DNA of 64,000 nucleotides. It comes from Eledone cirrhosa (lineage: Eukaryota). The notes under the pieces are model-generated. The model was not told the DNA's origin, searched no databases, and worked only from the letters and a program-made list of their open reading frames with translations. Made by a program: the position numbers and the translations under genes. This document shows positions 27,454-45,261 of the stretch, one piece after another (positions within the stretch are counted from its first letter, which is position 1; every line of letters starts with the position of its first letter). Location of the stretch: positions 107,322,001-107,386,000 of the forward strand of contig OZ024745.1 in the NCBI GenBank assembly GCA_964016885.1, read 5' to 3'.

Positions 27454-28199
27454 GGGACGATGCTCAACTCATGATGGTGTGTGAGATGCCATTGTTTCGT
27501 TGTTTTGGTTTTTTTGTCGTTGTTCTTGCTCATGTTCACCTTGACGGTAGCTTCACCAGAAGTACATTGCCCAATATGTACTTCCTTTTATTAAGGGTGT
27601 TTGTTTGCTATTTGTATTAAGTCAAACGATCACGTCCACGTCACAATTCCTTCCTTGATTTATTGCGTTACAAGTGGCTTGCTTGGTGATGATAGTTTAC
27701 GTGGAGATGAGAGTAATTTTAGGAGGAATAATGCTGATTAGGGTAATATTCAAAGGACGTTGTTGATAGGTGATGTCATTTTCCAACATGTGATTTCTTC
27801 TTCGGTGTAGACAGGATTAGTGGTCATGGTGAATTTGGTGGTAGAGTGACTCCATATAATCATTGTTGTTAAGTTGTTGAATATAACGAGTTTAGAGAGT
27901 ATCTAAGCCATGATTTCTAATAGGGAACTCATAGATGTATTTAAAAAATCAAGAAAAATATTTCTATGATAACAAGTGGTAGGGATAATTTTCTGTGTGT
28001 ATTTATGAAACGGAATTATCTAAGAATTATCAAAGAAAACTTTCTCATTCAGTCAGTGTCGTGATGTATGATATTATAATTATGCGGACCAGTGCAAAGA
28101 TGTGCATGCGTATTTTTTATTCTATATTTATTTCCTCATTTTCCCCGTTCCTTTCTCTCCTCACTCTTTATTACTATTTATCTTCAATTTCTAACTCTA

Positions 28200-28235
28200 T
28201 CTTCTGATGATGGACTAGTCTCCGAAAAGTTAAGA
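28200..28235 (+). ncRNA. Minimal HHR motif in a PLE-like 3' fragment (~28170-28313)
   Basis: tctt-CTGATGA-t-gga(ctagtc)tcc-GAAAAGTT-aaga; the sister copy at ~6350 has GAAACGTT. Confidence 0.6.
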
Positions 28236-28308
28236 GTCTCTTCCTGCTATCTCACGCGTTAAACTAATATATTTCTTCCATGTACTGTGCCGTTTGTTTT
28301 GTTATTAC

Positions 28309-28371
<63 letters not shown>

Positions 28372-28406
28372 AACATAAACATACACACACACCCGCACGC
28401 ACACAT

Positions 28407-28439
<33 letters not shown>

Positions 28440-28637
28440 CTACAGATAGCATTATATCATAGGGTACCAAAATGTTCGTATCCTGGAGCAAGCTTATATG
28501 ATTTAAGCACTGAGCCTTGGTTGTTCTTTAGGCCACGAAAATACAAATGGGTTAAGTCTTTACAATATTATAACAGACCATTTAACAGTCTCTTTTCTTG
28601 TTAGATTAACACACACACACGCACGCACACACACGCA

Positions 28638-28724
<87 letters not shown>

Positions 28725-28737
28725 ACACACACACACA

Positions 28738-28845
<108 letters not shown>

Positions 28846-28853
28846 TGTATATA

Positions 28854-29433
28854 TCATCTCTCCCGGTGATTTTGGATGGCCATTGACTCTTAAGAGCTCC
28901 TTTGTCTTTTGACAGGTTTTGTTTTTAGTCCTGCAGGATGTCCAAAGTCACCCTCCTCACCAAGAAACCTTGGTGGGGTTGCCAGTTTAGTCGCCAATGA
29001 CCCGACCATGAGACAGGTTGTACTGGGATACATGTTACCCCTTAGCCTTTGTCAAGGCAGAATTCTAGGAGAAGGAAAACTCTGATATAACACCTGCAAC
29101 CCTGGTGGTATTCAATGATGTTGACTTGTTCTTCTTTTTGGTAAATATCATCTTGGTTAAGAGAGTGGGACTGGCTTTGTGCAGTGCCTTTGTTCACTAT
29201 AAAAGCTTCACGGCACAGGCATTGCTTTATATCTGGAAATCTCTGCACTTGTCGTCACATGGTACCATGGGCCCAGCACTATGTGTCAATAATTGTCACA
29301 AGTGTAGTGTTTGTACCAGAGTTTTCAAGTTGCTGGCTGGACTAAAAAGTCACACTCGTTCAGCCCATCGGTAGGGGTTTTCCTACATGGATATAAAGTA
29401 GTGGCCGTACTCGAAAACGAGTTGGCAGCCACC
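28854..29433 (+). mobile_element. Non-autonomous RTE derivative with a 5' inversion
   Basis: The 3' part encodes CSVCTRVFKLLAGLKSHTRSAHR* (RTE C-terminal C2H2-like). 28854-29040 is inverted relative to the contiguous copy at 52203-52648. Confidence 0.65.
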
Positions 29434-29435
29434 AT

Positions 29436-29469
<34 letters not shown>

Positions 29470-30069
29470 GTGTATCAGTGTGTGTATCAGTTTGTGTGAA
29501 GAAAATAACGGAAAGGAAATAGGCGGATAGCATAAGTGTAGTGATTTTACACGGTAGCCATTAATGAATTGTTCCTTCTTTTTACTATGTTTGTAACATT
29601 GGCATCTAACGAAATCATTCCTACCAGCAGACAGCAGTGATTACAGAGAGTGCCAACCATAGTATGTATTTATCAGGGAAGGAGCTATCTAATAAATAAA
29701 AATGATATACAGAAAAGAATTCTATAAGTATGAAATATAGCTGTTTGTGTATATGCTTTTTTTTCTCTATGTCCGTCTCTATGCTTTATTTGAGTTTCTG
29801 TGTCTGTGCGTCCATGTGTGTGTGGGTGTGTATTTGTGTGTGTGTGTGGGGGGGGGGGTGTTTGGGGCAGTGGCAATTGAAAATTGACATGGTTATGTGG
29901 GGCTGATATTGTTTTAATGCTGGTAAAAAAGATTGTTTCTGTGTAAATGTTGTTGATAGGTCATCTAGCAATTGGATGGCAGTGTACAATTGTGTTCACT
30001 GTGAAATAAGTTGATGTTAGCCCTTATTTTGCAAATCTATCATGAAAGTTTCATTATTTTTAATTGATC

Positions 30070-30259
30070 CGGTGGATTGGCAGTATCAGTAGAGAGTCGG
30101 ACGCCATGCTTTGCAGCATAGAGTTATGGCCATTTATGATCTGAGTTCAAATCCGGCCAAGGGTAACTTTTCCTTTCATCCTTACAGGGTCGATAAAATA
30201 AAGTACCAGTAATGCACTGGGATAATTGCTGATCTTGTGCCAAAAGTAAAAACAATTAT
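30070..30259 (+). mobile_element. SINE family A with 20-bp target-site duplication
   Basis: attatttttaattgatccgg at 30053-30072 and 30255-30274. Confidence 0.9.
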
Positions 30260-30495
30260 TTTTAATTGATCCGGACAGACCTACTCTGTAGAATAACAAC
30301 GGTGGCAACAAGAGCAACAAGGGTATAAATAATAGCAAAATATTAAGAATAATACCATAATGCAATTCAACAGGGAAGTAAACATGGGAAGCAAACACTT
30401 TAGAATTTCTCCCACTGGTTCACTCTCTTTCCGATTGTTTGATCATTCAGATTCAAATATTAGTAGCAGTTGTATTTCAGGAGGCATGGCTTATT

Positions 30496-30671
30496 ATAAT
30501 TATTTCTACTTTTGGCACAAGGCCAGCAATTACCCAGTTCATTACTGGTACTTTATTTTATCGACCCGCTAAGGATGAAAGGCAAAGTTAACCTCGACGG
30601 GATTTGAACTCAGGGCGTAACTATGCTGGAAAGCATGGCGTCCGACCCTCTACCGATACTGCCAATTCACC
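30496..30671 (-). mobile_element. SINE family A
   Basis: Matches consensus with a small internal deletion. Confidence 0.9.
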
Positions 30672-31929
30672 TATGAACACAGGATTCTTGAATTATGTGT
30701 ACATATGTATTATTGAGATTATGAATGATAATCAGATTGTTATCACCATGCTGGTCATTTAAACCTCGACAAGGAACGAATGGCTAGACATTCGGTTTAT
30801 CTACTTCGAAGTTATTCCACCATTGGGAGATATCAGGAGTCTAGGATGTGATTTGTGTAGTACTATGGGACTTGTTATATCTATAATACTCTTTTAAATA
30901 CCTTTAGTCTATTACTAATTACAGAGAACACATACATATTTGTTATGATAGGTATGATTCCTCTAAGTCAAAGTTTTCGTTCATAAAGCTTAAAAAATGT
31001 ACGATAAGTTTGGAAACCACCAAACCCGTTTACCACGAAACCCGACATGGCACAACATTCAAGGTACTCTGTTTGTTGAGATTTGAGAGACATGTATCAA
31101 ACATGAGTTTTTCTTTCGTTACTTGAAATTCTTTGAAATATAGAAGCTATTTCGATCTAGCCTCACATTACACGCTGATTCAGCTGTTATTTCCAATACT
31201 CGGTAGTAGAAGCCAAACGGTGCCTGGAACCTACTCCTATACGTGAAATATTTGACGTCTGAAAGAAGAATCAGTGGCTGGGTTTGGATGTTTAGCCTTA
31301 CGACATTATGTGATAAATTACTCTTTTCTTGTCTTTCACGAGAGTGTATTATAATAGATATTAAACTCAGAGTAAATCTATTAGTGCGAACCAAGGAAAT
31401 ATTACCGAGTAAGAACCTAAATAATAATCTTTCGTCAAGTAAATAAGATAGTAGCCATTACATTGTTTAGTATTTTAAATGCAATCTTAAAAGTAATAAA
31501 TCAGATAATTAATGATTGGCTAAAACTGAACTCATAATGTTTTCAGAACCCCACTTACAAACCCAAATTATTATATTCATAAACGAAAAAAACAAACACT
31601 TTAAGACACATAAAAAGCATTAGCTTTAACAACAAAACATAGTTAAAACAAAAATATATATTCGTGTAAGTTTAATCACTGGAAGGAAATTTCTAAGAAA
31701 TGTGGTTGATATAGGTGTATTGTTAAATCATTGCTCGTTCTTTAAACAGAAATATTCCTCTTGCGAGCTGAAGCTCATGTATTTGTTGATTTTAAATAAA
31801 ATACTTTGTAAAAGGAAAAAACAAACCAAAACAAATATGATAAATGAGACGAAACAAAATGTGACATTAAGTTAGAAAATATAAATGCTTTCGAAATTGT
31901 ATTCAATGTTCGAAAAAATAGTATATATG

Positions 31930-31999
<70 letters not shown>

Positions 32000-32096
32000 G
32001 TGTTTTTCTAAATATACGAACAAATATATGTATATATATATATATATGTGTAGGTATGTGTATAGGTATCTATTTATATATATATATTTATGGGAA

Positions 32097-32170
<74 letters not shown>

Positions 32171-32579
32171 GGGGGGGGGGGGGTATTACTAATATCATGA
32201 TCGGCATTTGTATTCATATCAATATCTTTCTGCCCAACCTGCCCACATTTTTCCAACTTTTACATCTACATATAAGCAGTGTCATGTGATTCATTTATAC
32301 ATATATTCGGAACGACTCTATGTAGATAAATATATGTATGTGTCCTTAACGTATGTGTGTATATATTCATTTCTGAGTGTGTTTCTCTTTCCCTCACCCT
32401 CCCTCCCTCCCTCTGTGTGTGAGTGTGTGTTTGTGTGTTTATGTATGTTTGGAGAGAGTTTATCCATTTTTAATACATGGAATAGAATAATTCCAAAATC
32501 CAATTGCTCCAATAAAAAAAAGGTAAATGCTTCAAATATCAAATTATCATAAACTGGAAGACACATAAAAATATCTGCA

Positions 32580-33790
<1,211 letters not shown>

Positions 33791-34675
33791 CATTGCGTAT
33801 ATATGGTCACAGTGAATGGAAGACAATGATGAGTCAATATATAACACACATTTACACACATATACTTACACAAGAAATATCCTCTGGCACAAGTAATTTC
33901 ACAAACACACACACACATACCGAAATATATATGAATAAATATATAAAGCTACAGACATGATAATACACTCACATGAGCATATCTCATTGTAAAGACCTGT
34001 ATGTTCGGCGCCGTTCAAACTTATTCAGTTTTCTCTTTGTGACTCCAAATTATGTAGAAGCCAATACATTTCAAACTTGCAGATTTTACAGAGAAAAATC
34101 TTAATTTTATTTTTATAGTTGTTTCTCTTGATGTAGTAGTAGTTGTTTTGTTGTTGTTGTTGTTGCTGTTGCTATTGCTTTATTTTATTTTATTTTATTT
34201 TATGTATATATATATTTTTTTTATCAGTGGTTGTTGTTATTGATATTATAGTATTCGTTTTAAATATGACGGTGGTGGAGATTTGAAAGACGGAATGTGT
34301 TATTGTTTCTTTAAAATATTACAATAACTATTTCAATAAATATTTATTTTGAACCATCCCTCTTTACTGTTGTTTTTCACCATCCTGTAAACCTGAAGTA
34401 AGAGACTGGTAAGAAAATCGAATGTAACTGATGGTAAAATCTGGGTTCAATTCTCATCTGGCATTAGAATCAATTGGTACGATTCTTGTTTAGTTGGTGC
34501 AAGTGCGACACTGCTAAGAGTTTTTAGATAGAATAGAGCCCCTGTGTCTACAGTTAGAGTAATAGTTTATAGATATTTATAGTGTACACCAAATCCGACC
34601 GGGTTCAACTGGTCAATCTAATGTGAGAAGTCTAGATACACAAACAGCGTGGACTAATGAGTTATTAGTCTACAC

Positions 34676-34841
34676 CAGGGTTTTCAAACGTGGAAACCTT
34701 CTTGGGTCAGAAACGTTTGCGGAAATCCAAAGTCTAATACTGTTATATGTTCACAATATAAATATACTCATTTTTTCAGGGAACCCCGACACTCCTTTGC
34801 AGAGCCCTTGGGTTTCGTTGAACCCACTTTGAGAACCACTC
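34676..34841. mobile_element. Possible degenerate hAT (Charlie-like) MITE
   Basis: Imperfect TIRs cagggttttcaaacgtgg / ccactttgagaaccact; left flank gtctacac fits an NTCTANAN target; right TSD not clear. Confidence 0.4.
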
Positions 34842-35422
34842 TCTCAAAACAGTCCTTTTTTGTTGTTGTTGATTTAAAACGTATTTTATAAAATTTCAAT
34901 AAGCAAACAAGTTAACTTTCACATGTAAAATTAAATAATCTGGTTACATTATAATATTTAACAAGAAAGACTTAAATTTTGCCATGTCCGTGATTCTATA
35001 CACTATAAATAACAATAGATTAATGGTATTTCTGTGGACCGTAGCTGGGTGTCCTTTCGCTGTTGAAGTCGTAATTAGCTAAAACTGTAGAAGTAGTAAC
35101 TAGATAGGCATACAAACTTAAAGCGTGTAGTTTTGGTACATAGCTAGCGAAAATGAATGATTAATGAACAGATATAGTGCTATTTAGTGCATTTTTGATT
35201 TAATACACGCACACATCCGCCCCACCCATATATATGTATATATATACACACGCTCCAACGTTAAGGGTGAAAGCAGCGATTCTTTGCTTAAACTTTAATC
35301 TGTTATTTTAATAAATACACGCTCCAACTATATATATATGTATGCCTTTGCATCAATGTATGCGTGCAATCGAGTAAACATATGTATACATACAGATAGG
35401 GTGAATACTGTATAATGTATAA

Positions 35423-35889
35423 TCTAAACTATAATAAAGTAAGGAGCGCGGGACTGCGTACAGTTTATAATTGTTTATCCCATTAGTAAAATAAGTTGCA
35501 TTACTTTGAATAAATAATGAATGAAAATTATATAATTTATCTACTAAATTTCGTGGTTGTTGATTAAATATATTTTGATTATTTAAAGATTCACTTCTTT
35601 AACATTTCTGAAATGTCACCATTTCCGGTTGGCCATCGCTTAAATAAACATACTAATTTTCTGTCACTAATTTTCTCCTAATGCAGTTTATATATAATAT
35701 CGTCTTTTTTAATGTATCATGGATTACGTAGCTGATTAAATAAGACAGTGTAACGAAGTCTTCGTTCAATTTCTATGTATTATATATTGTCAATTACGAT
35801 TTTATTTGATGTATATACCTGCGTATAATATCAATATGCGCACTACACATGTTAGCAGAAAACTACCGGAAGCGTGGTTTTTCTGCTAG
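35423..35889 (+). mobile_element. Non-autonomous Helitron-like element
   Basis: A^TCTAAACTATAATAAAG...aactaccggaagcgtggtt (subterminal hairpin)...CTAG^T, no TSD; second copy at 18694-19342. Confidence 0.75.
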
Positions 35890-36044
35890 TACTATATAAG
35901 AACTATATAAGAATGCTAGTACTATATAAGAATGTTTTAGTATGCGATTACACATAAGCCAGTATTCAAGAAAGACAAAGTTAAATTCAAATAAAGTAGG
36001 AAATCTAATATAGTATATCAACATTTTAATTTAGCCACTCAACA

Positions 36045-36045
<1 letters not shown>

Positions 36046-36075
<30 letters not shown>

Positions 36076-36093
36076 CTTCTTCTTCTTCTTCTT

Positions 36094-36124
<31 letters not shown>

Positions 36125-36400
36125 AACCTAGGAGTGTTGTAGGGTCAGAGAATTTAATCCCGCCTTCCAGTGGATCCTATCAGAAGCAGCCATCTCCAAT
36201 TAATCCGACTGGATTCCCAAGCGAAACTAGACGAGCTCATGGATGTTATCTTGCTCGAGTTTACACCTGGGTCTCCTGCCGGTTGGTTCTGCCCCTAAAA
36301 TTTATCCAGCGATTCTTTCCTGAGATATTCTAGCCACAGGTCAGTAATATCGGAGAATTAGAAGCTCTGCCTGGAGCGCTTCTCTGATCTCCAAGCTACG
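36046..36400 (-). mobile_element. RTE-clade LINE 3' end with a (GAA)n tail (36046-36124)
   Basis: Minus strand translates EPTGRRPR..RLGIQ..AASDRIHW, like the RTE/Expander C-terminus P.GrRprGRP..rLGi...a.dR..W. Confidence 0.65.
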
Positions 36401-37119
36401 CATCTGATCTCCAAGTCGAGTAACGATACACCACGGATCTTTCAGAGGAACCTCATTTCAGCCGGTTGAATACGCGATCGTAATTATATCGATTATCAAC
36501 ATTTATGATCATGGGTAAAGGTTGGCATGAATATCGAATTGAAGATAGTGAGATTGGCTTTTACACGGACTACATAATTGTGAAACGCTACGAACGTGAG
36601 GCAATAAACGAAGAGAATGTGCCGATAAAGTAGAATCTGCATGCTCATCAGTGTAAAAATAGCAGAATAATTCACTTCAAATCACAAGCTACTCCCATTA
36701 TAGAAAGGATTAGCTAACTGGATAATATAGATAGATGTACAATATACCTGTAATGATGGGTCAAGAAGCATAGAGTATTTTCTATCAGACATCGCTTCAG
36801 AGAGGGCCGCTGTGTTTAAATATCACCTACAATAAATAGAAAACTGCTCGATATTTTTGCATTAGATAAGAAATGCTTACTTTTGTAAGCCCTTATCCAA
36901 TCGACAATATACATACAAACGGGGTCACACACAGGCACATGTACGTTCACGAGGAAGCACACACACAGACACTCATGCACAGTCACACAGATACACACCT
37001 AAGGATGACGAAAACACAGTTAAGTAAGGTTTTCGACACGTTAGTAGAGGAAGCACACAATTATTTTATATATTGTAGGAATGTCTTCTATACGACTATA
37101 ACAGATTCAGGCGTATGAA

Positions 37120-37187
<68 letters not shown>

Positions 37188-37327
37188 AGGAGGTTATAGT
37201 TCACTTGAAGCATTGTGTAATGAGGTATAAACGTATATATGCATACATACACATATATTTGTATGTGATGTATGTATATATAGCTTGGTGGCTGAATCAC
37301 ACTCCCCTCCTTATCAGTCTCTGTCGC

Positions 37328-37534
<207 letters not shown>

Positions 37535-38219
37535 ATGTATGTATGTATGTATGTATGTATATATATATATTTATATATACGCAAAAAATAGAAACATGCG
37601 TATGTATGCAGATATGTAGCAGCACAATTAGTTGTAGAAGTCAAATCGATATCTCAAAAATCCATTAGCACTGAGCATTTCTAAGACAGTAACTAAATTG
37701 AATAAATCTTTTAATGCTAAGCTTCCAACAACAAAAATGGCTAAATTTAGCAAAACCCATTACTGTCAAGCCTTTCAGAGAAACAGCCAAAACTCTCCAC
37801 AATTTTATCCTAACTTTTGAATCAGTTGAATGGAACCCTTGTTTGAACAGAATATTGCTAAGACGTTAAATCCTGTCGAACAAATTTATTTCCTATCTCA
37901 CAACCCTTGCGAATACTATGTACTAGTATATTTGGTCAATCGACCTTCAAGAAATAGAGCCAATTGCCCCCTTGACAAACTTGTCAATAACAGGTATTAA
38001 ACCTCATTCTGAAGCTCATATGATTTGTAATCATTTTAATCACAATTTAGGATGATATATTAGCATGCAAAGGTAAAACTGCACTGGAGATTATATATAT
38101 ATATATATAGTGTTGTGGAACCTTTCCATGGTGTTCCGGTTAAGAGTTCGACCTTTCTATCACTATATATATATATAGCTTTCCATGGTGTTCCGGTTAA
38201 GAATGCGACCTTTATATCA

Positions 38220-38263
<44 letters not shown>

Positions 38264-38271
<8 letters not shown>

Positions 38272-38578
38272 AGATCAAAAGATGGTTAAAGGAGTTCCAT
38301 GTATTTTATTATGCGCATTTCAAAAACAAACATCATCATGCAATAATATTTGTGTTTTCATCAGATAAAACAGGAGAACATGATATGAAGGCTAAAAAAC
38401 ACTTGTGGATAGTGCAGTTTTAAATCAACATATCCACAAGTGTTTTTTAGCCTTCATATCATGTTCTCCTGTTTTATCTGATGAAAACACAAATATTATT
38501 GCATGATGATGTTTGTTTTTGAAATGCGCATAATAAAATACATGGAACTCCTTTAACCATCTTTTGATCTTATATTAT
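38264..38578. mobile_element. HHR-bearing palindrome (148-bp arms, 19-bp spacer)
   Basis: ttttat-CTGATGA-aaacacaaatattat..atgatgtttgttttt-GAAA-tgcgca-TA-ataaaa at 38472-38538(+) and 38304-38370(-). Confidence 0.85.
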
Positions 38579-38772
38579 GTATACTCCAGTCCTACAAACT
38601 GTAGAGTGCTTCTTATCCGATATCTGCATTGCTTTATTGTACTACAATAAAACTCACCTCCTACATTATATATATATATATATATATAGTGATAGAAAGG
38701 TCGAACTCTTAACCGGAACACCATGGAAAGGTTCCACAACACTTCCTCTTTGAAAGACATCCGTATATATAT

Positions 38773-39059
38773 AAAGTCTAAAGTCAGCCTTAAACGAGAA
38801 GACACATTTGGTCGGTGCTTATCCCGGTTTTCATTGCGTGAAGTGATTGAGAGTAGAAGACTTCCCCCTGGACAGGACGCCAGTCTAATCGCAAGGTTAA
38901 ACCCCCCAGCTATTGATGGTACTCATTTTCAGTATGCTGGAGTAACGTGAAATGAAGTGTTTTGCTCAAGACAAGAACACAACACGCAACCAAGAAATCG
39001 AGCCCACCACATTATGATCGTAAGTCCAACAGCCTTACCACTAGGCCACGTGCCTCCAC
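38773..39059 (-). mobile_element. Full-length tRNA-derived CORE-like SINE (family B)
   Basis: Minus strand has A-box TGGCCTAGTGG, degenerate B-box GGCTCGATT and CORE-like tcttgagcaaaacacttcat. Confidence 0.75.
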
Positions 39060-39157
39060 ATATATATATATATTTAGTAATTGTAATGTCGAGCGCCTAC
39101 TCGGAACACCATGGAAAGGTTGCACAGCACTTCCTCTTTGAAAGACATCCCTATATA

Positions 39158-39243
<86 letters not shown>

Positions 39244-39269
39244 TACAGGAGAGGAGGCTCTGGTGGGTG

Positions 39270-39585
39270 GCTGTGTTTGCTTATGTGGGGTGTCTACCTG
39301 AAGCCAAAGAAGTCCAAAAAACTGGCAGCTCCATGGTGACCTATTGTATAACGTGGGAAGCGTTGGTGGATAAGGAAGTCAAGACCTGGTATGCAGATAA
39401 TATTGTATCCAAATTCAGAAAACTCCCTGAGCAGCTGTTCTGCTTCAGTTGTTAAATCCTGCGGATGAAACAGGATTGGTGTAGCGCTGAAAGGCGAAGG
39501 ACTCCTTGGTTTAATCAATGGCTCAAATGTGCCATCCGAACAAAGAAGGAGGCCTACAAAGCTAGGCTTGGAAATAAGCCCTCCT
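39270..39585 (+). mobile_element. RTE-clade LINE fragment (EN-RT linker)
   Basis: WEALVDKEV..FRKLPE and [22 protein letters not shown] resemble the RTE linker t.WWn..vk.a...Kk.a..aw. Confidence 0.6.
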
Positions 39586-39588
39586 GCA

Positions 39589-40628
<1,040 letters not shown>

Positions 40629-41258
40629 TATGTACATGTGTGCAGAGCGTGTAACTTTGTGAGTATATATGTTTGATTGAATATTTACACGATTTCTCTA
40701 CACGAATGTATGTAAATCTGGACAGATTTTTGGACTTGCGGAATATCAGCTTCGATAAATCATTGCAAAATAATTTGCAACTATTTTATCTTCCATTTCA
40801 AATTTGTTGTCGCCAATATTCTAATTTCTTTTCATTGCGATTTGCTGAAAGGGAGAAAAAAGGAAATTAAGGCGTTTCTATTTGATTATGGACAATGACA
40901 ACAACAACAAAGGCAGCAAACATAACTTCAACAAGAGTATTAACAACAATTACTGTAATAACCATGGCAGTAAGAATAACGTAGCAGCAGTTATAACAAT
41001 ATTACCAGCGCTAACATCTAGCGAGAGTGGGGCATTTTTACATGGTTTCCTTAAACAATAGCATTGCAATCAACTCTAAATTTAAAGACTGACACGTTGA
41101 ATGATGTACTACTGGATATCCGAATATACTAGGTACATCCAACTAGAGAAATAGCCAGATGGTCATATCTTGTGGTAAAAGGTCTGATAATAGATTAGTT
41201 CATTCAGAGCCAAGCTGAGCTAAATACCAAGGGAGATACATGTTTGATGTATCCCTCC

Positions 41259-41316
<58 letters not shown>

Positions 41317-41340
41317 CGCTCCTCCCTCTCTATATCCCCC

Positions 41341-41379
<39 letters not shown>

Positions 41380-41565
41380 CATATATTCAGTTGGGGGTAA
41401 CCACAGTAAGTAAGGTACCCAATACATTAGTAGAGTGTATACAACAAATTTAATATAGAAATGGCTTCTACAGGATTAGAACTGTTTCATTCGAAGGAAA
41501 ACACCAGAAAAGCTTTCCTGATTATTTCCTTCGAATGAAACATTTCTACCCCTGTAGAAGCCATT

Positions 41566-42148
<583 letters not shown>

Positions 42149-42477
42149 TATATATATATATATATATATTGACCACAATAATTTTTGCAGCACGAATTGG
42201 CGCGAAACTTATTTTAATACCTCTGGAGTCACTTTTTTCACATAAAAACAGGTAGAATTTCCGAAACTAACCATTTAGAGCAAACATCACGGACGCTCTA
42301 TCTCAAAATTAATTTTGAAAAGCATTAGAAATGCGCAACCGGTAAAACTTAAAACCAAAACTGAATACTAACCAATACTATTACTAATTTTCACTTATTC
42401 CTAATTAAACTATTTTTCACTGTGAACAATTTGTCAGCATTTTCTTTTCCGTTTACCAATATATATATATATATATG

Positions 42478-43266
42478 GGTAAATATCTTTAAGTCGTTTG
42501 GAAGCCTCGACAATGCAAATGATAAAATCTGCGGGTAACAAGATCCGGTGGTGGAGAGAGAGAGATGTAAGTGGGTGTACGTTGAGATGCGTGGTGTGTA
42601 TAAGACGTGTAGAGGAATGAAGTAAAGAGTATAAAGGATAAAATAAAAATAACAACACGAGAAAGAGTTACCTTGGGAGAGATTTAATTGTCCCTATATA
42701 TTTCGGATTCACATCCATCAACTGGGGTTTTTTCCGGGGTGGGGGAAAGGTTGTCTGTCGGAAAGGTGCGAAATGCGTCCTCCGCTGTTTGTTGTTTTGA
42801 ATATCTGAGGTATTCAGCAGAGCGCGCGTGCGCGTGAAATGGGGTTGCTCGGGCAGAGGTCAGCGGCCGGATGAGGGAGTGGGGTGGCGCTAGCTGTCAG
42901 TCCATTCTCTGCCTGTTTGTTAAATATTACTGTGTGTGTGTGCGTGTTTTGTTGTCTCGCTTGAGTGTGTTTGTTGCCTTGTTCCTCTGTATTGGCAGTG
43001 TAGTATGTTCGTATGGTGGAATGTTACTGTGTATGTGTGCGTGTGCGTGTGTAGTTGTCTCGTTTGTGTGTGTGTGTGAGTGTGTTGCTGCATCATTTGT
43101 TAACTTAAACCAGCCACTTCATTTCACTTCTCTCGGATCGATTGTTTATTTGCGGTGCCAGGCGGATCTTGTTACCCGGAGATTTACCCATTTGCATTGT
43201 CGAGGCTTCCAAACGACGTAAAGATATTTACCTATTATTCCACAATGCTTCAAGCAAACTTCAATA

Positions 43267-43272
<6 letters not shown>
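42478..43272. mobile_element. Element with ~70-bp inverted ends and a degenerate internal HHR; related piece at ~6460-6610
   Basis: gtaaatatcttta.gtcgtttggaagcctcgacaatgcaaatg (42479) is the reverse complement of ~43189-43231. Minus ~42692-42727 reads ccc-cagttga-tgga(tgtgaa)tcc-GAAATATATA-ggg. Confidence 0.55.
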
Positions 43273-43350
<78 letters not shown>

Positions 43351-43371
43351 TATATATGTATATATATATAT

Positions 43372-43742
43372 AAGCAGAAGGGATATTCAATTTGTTGGTA
43401 ATTCAACAAATATAAATGTTTATAACTGATTCAGAGCCCTCGAAAGATTTTTCTGGAGTATAATATTCAATGATATTAAATAAATGGAAACTATATTTAT
43501 AAAACCATATTTATTCTATTATATATATTCCAAGGGTACCTTAACGGTTCAAGTTTTCCTTGGATATCCAAGGAAAACTTGAGCAGTTAAGGTATCTTTT
43601 CTTGGTTATATCAAAATTTATAAAACAAACTTTGTATTTTATCTGATGAAAGCGTACCAAAATGTTGGTACCCTTGAAATATATATAATAGAATAAATAT
43701 GGTTTTATAAATAAAGTTTCCATTTATTTAATATCATTGTAT
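43372..43742. mobile_element. Family D element with inverted arms and HHR at 43637-43693(+)
   Basis: ttttat-CTGATGA-aagcgtaccaa(aatg)ttggtaccctt-GAAA-tatata-TA-atagaa. Confidence 0.8.
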
Positions 43743-43751
43743 ATATATATA

Positions 43752-43961
43752 AAGTTAGAACACTGGAAGGTAATATCCGTTGTAATAGAGCACTTAGTCC
43801 ATGGGACGAGTTAGGTAGAAGTAGTAACACAACAGTTAGTTCAGCATACCGAGAACAATTGTTTCACCTTATGCGGATCTTCAGCTAGGACTGATAATGG
43901 TTATACGGAACAGTATTATCAGTCCGAGCTGAAGATCCGCATAAGGTGAAATAATTGTTCT
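43752..43961. mobile_element. Second copy of the 3.2 kb family with inverted HHRs
   Basis: gagCTGAAGAtccgcataaggtGAAA.aattGTTctc pattern on both strands (~43849-43890 minus, ~43924-43961 plus). Confidence 0.75.
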
Positions 43962-44005
43962 CTCTCTTTATAATTATATATATGTGTGTCTGTGTGTGTG
44001 TGTGA

Positions 44006-44080
<75 letters not shown>

Positions 44081-44230
44081 CCAGGTGGACCATAACGTAC
44101 CAGAGTACTCGATACTTTGGGTAGTAGAGTGGGTAATAGGAAAAGCGTCAGAACCCCGACGGCAGAGCTCAAGCCGTTTCGACAGCTATTTCTGGACGAG
44201 AAATATACATATATATATATACATATATAC

Positions 44231-44297
<67 letters not shown>

Positions 44298-45094
44298 CGT
44301 GTGTGTGGTTGTGTTGTTCGATGGATAATGTATCTGCTGAGTATCTGTTGTATGTCATAATTTTTGCCGTCTTTTCCTCTATCCTATTAAAAATGATGTA
44401 CCTCAATTTCAGAGGTTGTAAATTTGTTTTAAAACCTGTTATTGACCTTTAGCCCCCCCCCCCCCCATTGCCTAGCTTACAGGTTTACAACAACAGCATA
44501 GGTATTTATTTATTTAAAATGACATGTCTCATGTTAATGTCTGTTATAAAAACTAACTTTTAACCCTTGATTTGCTGATTCTCTGTCTCGCATGTAATTT
44601 TAAGCGAATAATGAATCTATCCCCAGAAAGCAGAATATGTAAACTGTAGGTGAATCCTTACTTTGTCTCTTACCTCAAAGGCAAATCTACGTTTTAAATT
44701 TTGTGAGATGCAGATGGAACTTTGCCTTATTTTTCTCTTTGCTTTCTTAAATTTGCTGTCTGTATATTGCGTGATGAGCGGACCATATTTACCAAGACTC
44801 CATCCTGAATCCTATTTTTTTTTAAATCAGTCGATAAATCTTTTGCACTTTTGTCATGGTGTTTTGCTGAGCTACCTTATGGTCCTTAACTCCCCACAAA
44901 TATCTTTTTTTGGAAGTCGACAAACATTTACCTCAATTTTTGACTAGCCTGCTCATATTTAAATATATATATATATAAATATATATACATATATATATAA
45001 CAAAGGAAATGTGGAAAGGAACCAGATGGACCATCACGCACCAGAAATAGCCGTCGAAACGGCTTGAACTCTGCCATCGGGGTTATACTTTTTC

Positions 45095-45190
<96 letters not shown>

Positions 45191-45218
45191 TTATTAAAAT
45201 AACAGATTAAAGTTTAAG

Positions 45219-45260
<42 letters not shown>

Positions 45261-45261
45261 T

